Assembly: GCA_002269645.1 (NCBI GenBank)
Contig: NIVC01001472.1
Coordinates: forward strand, 124,001 to 188,000
Origin: Macrostomum lignano
Taxonomy: Eukaryota
Length of the DNA stretch: 64,000 nucleotides
Reading direction: 5' to 3'
Below the pieces are notes generated by a model. That model saw only the letters and a list, made by a program, of their open reading frames with translations. It was not told the DNA's origin and did no database searches. Positions 37,489 to 64,000 of the stretch are shown here, piece after piece. The position numbers and the translations under genes were made by a program. Numbering within the stretch: the first letter of the stretch is position 1; every line of letters starts with the position of its first letter.

Positions 37489-40214
37489 ATGGCTGATACC
37501 GAGGTTGAGACTTTCGCCTTCCAGGCCGAGATTGCTCAGTTAATGAGCTTGATCATCAACACTTTCTATTCTAACAAGGAAATCTTCCTTCGTGAGCTCA
37601 TTTCCAACGCTAGCGATGCTATTGACAAGATTCGCTACCAGAGCCTCACGGATTCGTCGGTTCTGGATAGCGGACGCGATCTGGAAATCAAGATCATCCC
37701 TAACAAGAGCGACAATTCTCTGACCATCATCGACAGTGGCATCGGTATGACCAAGGCCGATCTGGTCAACAACCTTGGTACCATCGCTCGCTCTGGCACC
37801 AAGGCCTTCATGGAGGCGCTGCAGGCTGGCGCTGATATCAGCATGATTGGTCAGTTCGGTGTTGGCTTCTATTCTGCCTACCTTGTAGCTGACCGTGTTG
37901 TTGTTACGTCCAAGCATAATGACGACGAGCAATACGTCTGGGAGTCGTCTGCTGGCGGCAGCTTCACCGTCCGGCCGGACCATGGCGAGCCCATTGGACG
38001 CGGCACCAAGATCGTTCTGTACCTGAAAGAGGATCAAACCGAGTACATCGAAGAGAGGAAGGTCAAGGAGGTCATCAAGAAGCACTCTCAGTTCATTGGT
38101 TATCCTATCAAGCTTGTTCTGGAGAAGGAGCGGGAAAAGGAGGTAAGATTATTCTATGATGTGGTTAATTTATTATTTTTAATTATAGTTCTACAGCTAG
38201 TGTGCATTTTTTATTATTATTATATCAATGGAATATATAATATTATAAATATATAATTTCTATAGAATATTATTATTAGAAAAATTTACGCCTTTAGGCT
38301 TTAGTTTTATTGTTATATGTTAATTTGTTTTAGTTTGTGCTTTTCATTTTTATAAGTTTTTACTACTATTTAAAAATTTATATTCCTATATTACTATTAT
38401 TAGTAACAATATTGTATATTACATTCTAGTAATCTAGACAACTTGTATATAGAATGGCAGCAAGATCGATAACAAACTTCTTATATTTTTATAGCCAGTT
38501 GCGGTTTGTTTTAACTCAAAAATCAAAATCAGTCTTTCTTTAATAAATTTATTCTTAAACAACTAATTAAATTAATACACCAACTTTGTCTTTATTCACA
38601 GGTCAGCGATGACGAAGCTGAGGAAGAAAAGGAAGAGAAGAAAGAAGACGGTGAAGATGCCGAGAAGGAGAAGCCAAAGGTCGAGGATGATTTGGATGAC
38701 AATGATGAAGATGAGAAAGGCGACAAGAAGAAGAAAAAGAAGATCAAGGAGAAGTACATTGACGAGGAGGAGCTGAACAAGACCAAGCCTATCTGGACCA
38801 GGAACCAGGATGACATCACTCAGGAGGAGTATGGCGAGTTCTACAAGTCCCTGACTAATGACTGGGAGGAGCACCTGGCTGTGAAGCACTTCAGCGTTGA
38901 AGGTCAGCTCGAGTTCCGTGCTCTTCTGTTTGTGCCGAAGCGCGCGCCGTTCGACCTCTTCGAGAACCGAAAGAAGCGCAACAACATCAAGCTGTACGTG
39001 CGTCGCGTCTTTATCATGGACAACTGCGAGGAGCTGATCCCAGAGTACCTGAACTTCATCAAGGGCGTCGTGGACAGCGAAGATCTGCCGCTGAACATCA
39101 GCCGTGAGATGCTGCAGCAGAACAAGATTCTCAAGGTCATCCGCAAGAACCTCGTGAAGAAGTGCATGGAGCTGTTCGACGACATCGCCGAGGACAAGGA
39201 GAACTTCAAGAAGTTCTACGAGCAGTTCGGCAAGAACCTGAAGCTGGGCATCCACGAGGACAGCACCAACCGCAAGAAGCTGGCCGACTACCTGCGCTAC
39301 TACTCCACCAGCTCCGGCGACGACTGGACCAGCCTGAAGGACTACGTCAGCCGCATGAAGGAGAACCAGAAGGACATCTACTACATCACCGGCGAGTCGA
39401 AGGAAGCGGTCGCCCATTCCGCCTTTGTTGAGCGTCTGCGCAAGCGCGGCCTGGAGGTGCTGTACATGACCGATCCCATCGACGAGTACGCCACCCAGCA
39501 GCTGCGCGAGTACGACGGCAAGAAGCTCGTCTGCGTCACCAAGGAGGGCCTCGAGCTGCCTGAGGACGAGGACGAAAAGAAGGCCTTCGAGGAGAAGAAG
39601 GCCTCCTTTGAGCCGCTGTGCAAGGTCATGAAGGACATCCTGGACAAGAAGGTCGAGAAGGTGGTCGTGTCCAACCGGCTGGTTGACTCGCCCTGCTGCA
39701 TCGTCACGTCGCAGTACGGCTGGTCCGCCAACATGGAGCGCATCATGAAGGCGCAGGTGAGCCGGCAATTTGCTGCTGTGACTCGGATTTTACCAGTTTT
39801 TGTAGCCGGAAACTGACAGATTATAAACCGCCTCCCCAATGCCCCGCCTCCCATCGCCAGGCTCTGCGCGACTCCTCAACCATGGGCTACATGGCGGCCA
39901 AGAAGCACCTGGAGATCAACCCCGACCACTCCATCTGCGGGATGCTGAGGCAGCGCACCGAGGCCGACAAGAACGACAAGTCGGTGAAGGACCTGGTGCA
40001 GCTGCTGTACGAGACCGCCCTGCTGTCGTCTGGCTTCGCCCTGGAGGACCCGCAGGTGCACGCCACCCGCATCCACCGCATGATCAAGCTGGGCCTCGGC
40101 ATCGAGGAGGACGACGTCCCTGACGCCGCCGCCGGCGAGTCCTCGTCTTCCATGCCAACTGAGGTCGGCGGCGATGCCAACGCCGACGACGCCAAGATGG
40201 AGGAGGTCGACTAA
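37489..40214 (+). CDS. HSP90: Cytosolic heat shock protein 90 (Hsp83), ~720 aa
   Basis: Exons 37489..38142, 38602..39756, 39861..40214 (all phase 0). Motifs: [51 protein letters not shown]-terminal MEEVD. Confidence 0.98.
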
Positions 40215-40891
40215 GGCTGCAGCTTCGATCGGAGGGCGCGCTGGTGCGGGGGCAAATCCGTCTCCGTGACTGCATTTAGCCTGTGCGCGCCACTGACCTG
40301 ACAGACTGTAACTGGTTCCCCGTTTTGACGCCAGCATGCTAGTAATCACAATTTTATATATTCGAGTTTTCCTAGTAATACTGCGTATTTTTTACTCCGG
40401 TCAGTGGCTTGCTCAGCAATCTTTGTTTGCAGAATTGAAAATTTGCCCGGTATTTGAGAGTTCTGCGCAGTTCAGATGATATCAGCAGTGTACGGAGTAA
40501 TTAATATTATTTATTACTATTTATTAACTCGACGGCGTTTAATACCAGCTAATAATATAAAATATTAATTATTCAGAATTTCTCATCAGTTTGACGTAAC
40601 AACAATAGGCTCTTTTTACTTTGGTTCCAACATCATTTGCAGCTTTTCTAATGCTTCTGTGCAGAGTGACGGCTTTGTTAAAGTCTCGGTGAAAAATATT
40701 AATAAAATATTCAATTGTGCCGCTGTTTTGCGCCGACGGCGCAATTAAAGTTCTATCTGCAAACAAATTCTTCGTTACTTTTTATATAAATCGTCTGCTC
40801 GCCTTTCAATTTGCCTCAATTGAATCTGACTCAATGGCCCATATGCAGACAGCTCAAGTTAAGTCTTTGGTCTTAAAATCGGAGGGGGGGG

Positions 40892-41703
40892 CATCACAAC
40901 TCCGAAAAGCGCTTTCCATCATAAACCCGAAATATAAACCCGAAAAATCACAATTCACAAACCCGAAATATCATATCTCCGAAAGTTCTAGCAATGTCCA
41001 ACACTAGTTTGGTTTTCGGAGTTGTGATTTTTCGGGTTTATGATGTGCGTTGTTAGCAATTTCGAAGTTATGATATTTCGGGTTTGTGATGGACGTTGCC
41101 ATTTTGTTTTTCGGAGTTATGATATTTCGGGTTTGTGATATTTTGGGTTTATGGTTTTTCGGGTTTATGATGGGAAGTGCTTTCGAAGTTATGATATTTC
41201 GGGTTTGTGATGGACGTTGCCATTTTGTTTTTCGGAGTTATGATATTTCGGGTTTGTGATATTTTGGGTTTATGGTTTTTCGGGTTTATGATGGGAAGTG
41301 CTTTCGAAGTTATGATATTTCGGGTTTGTGATGGACGTTGCCATTTTGTTTTTCGGAGTTATGATATTTCGGGTTTGTGATATTTTGGGTTTATGGTTTT
41401 TCGGGTTTATGATGGGAAGTGCTTTCGAAGTTATGATATTTCGGGTTTGTGATGGACGTTGCCATTTTGTTTTTCGGAGTTATGATATTTCGGGTTTGTG
41501 ATATTTTGGGTTTATGGTTTTTCGGGTTTATGATGGGAAGTGCTTTCGAAGTTATGATATTTCGGGTTTGTGATGGACGTTGCCATTTTGTTTTTCGGAG
41601 TTATGATATTTCGGGTTTGTGATATTTTGGGTTTATGGTTTTTCGGGTTTATGATGGGAAGTGCTTTCGGAGTTGTGATTTTTCGGGTTTATGATGGCGA
41701 CCC
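40892..41703. mobile_element. Foldback-like element: ~95-bp inverted arm facing a 121-bp tandem array
   Basis: 40892..40985 (ATCACAACTCCGAAA...AAACCCGAAATATCATATCTCCGAAA) is the reverse complement of the array unit. Array 41010..41700 has period 121 (GATATTTC at 41072, 41193, 41314). No TSD identified. Confidence 0.6.
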
Positions 41704-42159
41704 CTTTACCTCTAGGCCACGCAGTTTGTAAACCCTACGAGTAATTTAGTCTTATGCGAGTGGCATGGACAGAGTCAGACATGCAGTGGCTCCATGCGGT
41801 GAAAATTATCTTAACAATTTGCGTGGCCTCGTGAGGTAAAAGTGAAAAACTCGTTTCCACTCCAGATGCTAATTATAGAGCTCCTTGGCTAGCCTGAGCG
41901 CCCAACTTAGGCGCCATTTTTAGGGGATTCGGATTCGCTATTGTCTATCGTCCAAGTTGATACATTTCTTAAAGAGGAAAGATTCAGTCAGAGAATATCG
42001 AGCGCTATTTTCGAAAAATTCATTCGGTTTGAAGCGAACTCTACGAATGGAGAGCACCCGAGCAAGACGCAGGAATAATAAAGTGTGCTTCTGACTAGCA
42101 CATGTGCTTCACAACTTATGCTTGCCATCAAAGTAAGACTCGATTAGGCTGGCCTGGAC

Positions 42160-42430
42160 CAGAGGTTGGGCAAACTTAGATGAGAATGGAGAGGGAGGGA
42201 ATAGAAAGAAAAGAGAGAAGAGGTGAGAGATGGGATGGAAGAAAAGATAAAAGAGGAGACGAGACGTGAGAGGGGAAGGAGAGGGAAGGAGAGAAAAGAA
42301 AGAGCTGAGCAAGAGACACAAAATTAAACCTTGTGCTAATCGGAAACAGGATTGCTAATGGGGAAGCTTCAAAGGACCCGAGGGCCGGATAGAGAGGCTT
42401 CAAGGGCGGGCCGGAGTTTGCCGACCCCTG
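42160..42430. mobile_element. hAT-type MITE (~271 bp)
   Basis: Ends CAGAGGTTGGGCAAAC ... GTTTGCCGACCCCTG (revcomp CAGGGGTCGGCAAAC); flanking 8-mers GCCTGGAC / GCCAAGAC (6/8) fit a decayed 8-bp TSD. Confidence 0.65.
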
Positions 42431-42449
42431 GCCAAGACTAAGCCTACTA

Positions 42450-43490
42450 CACCATTTTACCTCCTCTTGTTCAAAGTCTTGTTCAAAAGAAACAAGCAGA
42501 ACTTCAATTCAAACACTTTAAGAAATAACAGCCCTTGCGGAAATTCAAATCAAACAAAGTCCTTTTCTATTGAAACAGAAGAACTTCAATTCAGACTGTC
42601 TGTGGCCAAAATTGTCCCTGAGTGACGCGCATGCGCAGATTTGAAATTCAAAAGAAACAAAGTTACATTCTATTTCGACAAAGAGATAAAACACAACATA
42701 TCGACGAACATAAGAGTAAAATGAAAAACAGGAACAAATACAGTGTCAGTTGGATAACTTAAGACACCTGACCATTAATTGCCAGTTCTCTCTTCAGAGC
42801 GGCCTTCCAACAGGAGAGCGGCCTTCCACAGGACTAAAAAATGAACTGTATGGTGGAAGCTGCTTGACTGAATGGAGTCCGGAATCTCGTAGGCTGCTTT
42901 TCCGCTCTCCCTGACCTCACAATCGTGTTCGCCGTTGACCTCTTGACTCCAAGTTGGCGCGCCAGTTCCACAAGTCATCCCCACGATCAGCAGCCCTGAT
43001 GATACGGTCTCTGTCACTGTTGCTTAAACAATACCGGTAGTGCACTGCCGAGGCTGTTGTTCCATGATATCTTCATCGAATTCTGCTTCAAATTCATCGA
43101 TTCCATCTTCTTCCAGCAATTCATCGTCTTCTTCAATCTTATCTTCAGCATTCATATCGTTTCTTGTTGTGCAACGATTGTACAGTTATGCAGTACAGGG
43201 AAAACAAGAAGTTAGATTAATGTACTAAAATGTACTTGTATCTATGTGCGAAAATCTCTGTCGAAATAGAATGTGACTTTGTTTCTTTTGAATTTCAAGT
43301 TTGCGCATGCGCGTCACTCGGGGACAATTTTGGCCACAGACAGTCTGAATTTAAGTTCTTCTGTTTCAATAGAAGGGACTTTGTTTGATTTGAATTTCCG
43401 CAAGGGCTGTTATTTCTTAAAGTGTTTTAATTGGAGTTCTGCTTGTTTCTTTTGAACAAGACTTTGTTCAAAATAGGAGGTAAAATGGTG
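42450..43490 (-). mobile_element. Internally deleted Tc1/IS630-like DNA transposon with ~240-bp TIRs
   Basis: 42450..~42688 is a near-perfect inverted copy of ~43254..43490 (CACCATTTTACCTCCT...); TA at 42448-49 and 43491-92. The interior minus strand has a frameshifted HTH remnant SDRDRIIRAADRGDD / ELARQLGVKRSTANTIVRSGR. Confidence 0.85.
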
Positions 43491-44322
43491 TAGCTACATA
43501 TGTAGTTTCGTCTATGGAAGATCTATGACTTCGCGTGTCTGCATACCAAATCCAAGTCTGGGCTCGTTTTTCAAGAGGATTAAAAGAGACAGAGCTTTCG
43601 GTATACGGCCCAATAAGGTTTGGGGCTCAAGAACAGATACAATCTTAGCTAATTATAAAATTAGTTTCAAGATCGTTTAATAGAAATGGTTTAAAACACA
43701 TAGGTCAATTTTTGGCAGTCGAATTGTCGGCAGTCGCATGGGTAATCGAAGTCAAATGAGGACAGAACACTACACTGTCGTGTCGCTCGTGCCTTTAGCA
43801 TGCTATATTGAGAAGTCGGATTTTTCTCGAACAGAGTTTGTCTATGGTGAAACGTAGACGTAGAGGTACGAGAGAACAGTTGACATTTAAAATCGAAAGG
43901 AATAAGCAAACCACATGTATTGAGCTTTGTTTATGCATTGATTGCACTAATGGTAATAGTAAGATTTTCGTTTTGAATTGTATTTATTTACGTTGTTTAA
44001 ATAAACTTGTACGTTAGGAGATGAGAAAAATTTGTTTATAGCATAAAAAGTCGATGAAGTTGCTATTATAGACAACTTAATGCTGCTGCAAAGCACAAAA
44101 AACAAAACAACAAGCAACGCAACTGTAGCAAGTTAAATCGACAATACATTGGCAATTAAATACGAGCTAAGTCTACATGTGGATGGGGTGAAATCAAGCA
44201 TAACAGCTCTAACCAATCAATTCAACTAAGACAGGTAGCAAAATTAGTATATTTGGATTACTCCGAGGAGACTTCAGCAGGAGTTTTGATACTACTCAGA
44301 GTATCTCAGATAAGACTTATAA

Positions 44323-44797
44323 GGGGGTGGCTGTCCTGGAGGCAGGAGAATCAGGGGTGAAGGGGTGGCTGTCCTGGGGGCAGGAGAATCAGAGGTGAAG
44401 GGGTGGCTGTCCTGGGGGCAGGAGAATCAGGGGTGAAGGGGTGGCTGTCCTGGGGGCAGGAGAATCAGGGGTGAAGGGGTGGCTGTCTTGGAGGCAGGAG
44501 AATCAGGGGTGAAGGGGTGGCTGTCCTGGGGGCAGGAGAATCAGGGGTGAAGGGGTGGCTGTCCTGGGGGCAGGAGAATCAGGGGTGAAGGGGTGGCTGT
44601 CCTGGGGGCAGGAGAATCAGGGGTGAAGGGGTGGCTGTCCTGGGGGCAGGAGAATCAGGGGTGAAGGGGTGGCTGTCTTGGAGGCAGGAGAATCAGGGGT
44701 GAAGGGGTGGCTGTCCTGGGGCAGGAGAATCAGGGGTAAAGGGGTGGCTGTCCTGGGGCAGGAGAATCAGGGGTGAAGGGGTGGCTGTCCTGGGGTG
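44323..44797. repeat. 38-bp G-rich tandem array (AGGGGTGGCTGTCCTGGGGGCAGGAGAATCAGGGGTGA)n
   Basis: About 12 copies seen directly. Confidence 0.95.
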
Positions 44798-46149
44798 TAG
44801 GAAAGCTATATGAAGATGACTACTACGAAAGGGGTGGCAATCAGAAGGCCACAATAAAACTCGCAAGGGAGCCGCAAGGAAATATATCTATAACTATAGC
44901 GATGCGAGGCAGTTCCCAGCTCCACCGCTGCTGGATGCCTCGTACCGAGAGAAGAATCAAGCGCTTGTGAAAATGATCATCGATAATTATTAATGACGGA
45001 CCCGGGGGGGGGGGGCAGATTCGGCATTGATATTATGGAAAGCTAATCTTAGCGCATGCGCAAATCCTGTGGAGCCGGGTTGTTGTATAAATAATTAAAT
45101 AAATTTGTGAACGATGAACGAAGAACCATCCTAGACAGTAGTATACTCGTACTCACATTTCTGTGAGCACGGACGGCAGCCGAAAAAAACTGCGGCCAAT
45201 CAGAAAAAAAACGGCGAATAAAGTAGACAGCAGATAGCGATTATGTTTACACATAACAACGAATACACAAAGCATATTATAGGTAAAATAATATATTAAC
45301 AGGTGCGTCTTTATGAACAAGGAGCTGCTTCAGGAAGGCTTTGCTTTGATAATAGAAAAACTGGTTGAAACCGATTTAACAAATTGTACCGATTAATTAG
45401 TAGATTAAAAACCTAAGAAAAATGCAGCTGGGAGTGAGGATAGAGTTCGTGACAGATGCTGATAATCCATGCATAATCAATGAATTAACACGTTGAACAG
45501 AGCCAAGCAGAACGCGCAGCAATAAACTGTGTTTATTTTGTTGAATAACATGTAGCAAAACTAGCATTTAAAAAGCTATATCGAGAAAATTTCCGTCAAC
45601 AAAAAAGCGCGCCTAAACACGCAAGCATTGCTACTTACAGTAGGCGAAAAGTAAACTTAGCTTATTTTACACAGAAAATTGAATAAATTTGTTTTATTTT
45701 ATAAGAATTAGTTGTCTATTTATCAAAACAAGCAGAACAACCAGCAATGGCTAATAAATTGGCGTGCCTGGGCTCGCGAGATTTAAAAGACGGCAAACAA
45801 TACACAGATAAAATATATAATAAAAAGGGTAAAAATCATACTAGTAGCATAGGGTGCATAGCAGCGCGATAGCAGAGTGCAGCAAATAGAGCACAGCAAA
45901 GCTAAGGAGGAGGCATGGTGGTAGTTAACAATAGTAGCAAGGGCAAAAGCAACAAATCGAGTTCAGAAGAGAATACAGGCAAACGCGAGAGATCAAAGAA
46001 AGCGCTTGAGCTCTGGCATTTTCCTTATCTTCTTTTTCATTGTAAAAAGTTTTTGTTAAAAGAATCAATGCCCCATTATTTAATAGAGATACTGATCCAC
46101 GGTATTGTGATTCACTGGCAAGCTGCTGCGTTTCTACCGTCTGTCTGTC

Positions 46150-46575
46150 TTAGTGTCTCATGTCTAGTGTCTCATGTCCGAGCGTCTATGACTTATGTCC
46201 TAGTGTCTCATGTCCGAGCGTCTCATGACTTATGTCCTAGTGTCTTATGTCCGAGCGTCTCAGGACTTATGTCCTAGTGTCTCATGTTTTAGTGTCTCAT
46301 GTTTTAGTCTCACATGTCCTATAGTGTCTCATGTCCTAGTGTCTCATGTCCTAGCGTCTCATGTCCTAGTATCTCATGTTCTAGTGCCTCATGTCCTAGT
46401 CTCATGTCCTAGTGTCTCATGTCCTAGTGTCTCAAGTCCTAGTGTCTCATGTCCTAGTCTCACAAGTTCTAGTGTCTCATGTCCGAGTGTCTCATGTCCG
46501 AGTGTCTCATGTCCGAGTGTCTCATGTCCGAGTGTCTCATGTCCTAGTCTCTCATGTCCTAGTGTCTCATGTCAG
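46150..46575. repeat. 15-bp tandem array (AGTGTCTCATGTCCT)n
   Basis: Seen directly; explains ORF 46210..46587. Confidence 0.92.
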
Positions 46576-46909
46576 TGCCTAACCTAGCTGCAAATTCACA
46601 GTGGAGAGACAGCGCACACCAAGACAGACAAAGAATCAAAGCCAAGGTAAAGCAGCCCGCAACCAGCCAAAAATGTAATCTACCAGTAACAGGGAACGCC
46701 ACAGAAAAATGTAATAGAGACAATAAGTTGAAAACGCGCAAATAGAAACAAAGAAATACACAGATACACACACATATATAGGCAAAAAGCAAACGCCAGC
46801 TAACAGTGAAAAGACAAGTGCTATCGGTTTATAAAAAAAATCAAAACGAATTTTATTAATCAATAGGGTGAAATTGTCAATCTGCAGCCAAGGGTGCCCG
46901 TGGCTGGCA

Positions 46910-64000
<17,091 letters not shown>

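Noticed and set aside
37540-39768. Long antisense ORFs opposite Hsp90 (181 aa, 390 aa) and similar shadows over ANKRD13, NSA2 and the Q-rich exons
   Set aside because: Expected shadow of GC3-biased codon usage; no independent motifs.

Overview
Eukaryotic (metazoan) genomic DNA with GT-AG introns, GC-rich exons, AT-rich intergenic DNA and many tandem arrays. The style resembles the flatworm Macrostomum lignano (inference only). I reconstructed six genes by hand with phase-consistent exons: ANKRD13 (-, 4 exons), ETFB (+, 2), NSA2 (+, 2, no genomic start codon found), an NDNF/Nord-like secreted protein (+, 6), cytosolic Hsp90 (+, 3, with HSE array and TATA box), and a 5'-truncated Ihog/Boc/Cdon-like Ig-FN3 receptor (-, 10 exons in the window). 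Mobile DNA comprises a full-length but broken DD34D mariner, a 5'-truncated LINE, an internally deleted long-TIR Tc1-like element, MITEs and a foldback-like element. About 20 tandem arrays are present, many of them filling introns; they explain most long repetitive ORFs in the ORF track. Top leads: (1) NSA2 begins at codon 2 directly after a splice acceptor, consistent with its Met coming from a flatworm spliced leader (which ends in AUG) in an ETFB-NSA2 operon; (2) CpG-deamination footprints in transposon TIRs and sharp CpG-desert boundaries; (3) an enlarged NDNF-like protein with a polybasic tail and an Ihog-like receptor with a very long signalling-type tail. No CRISPR, rRNA or tRNA gene could be supported.
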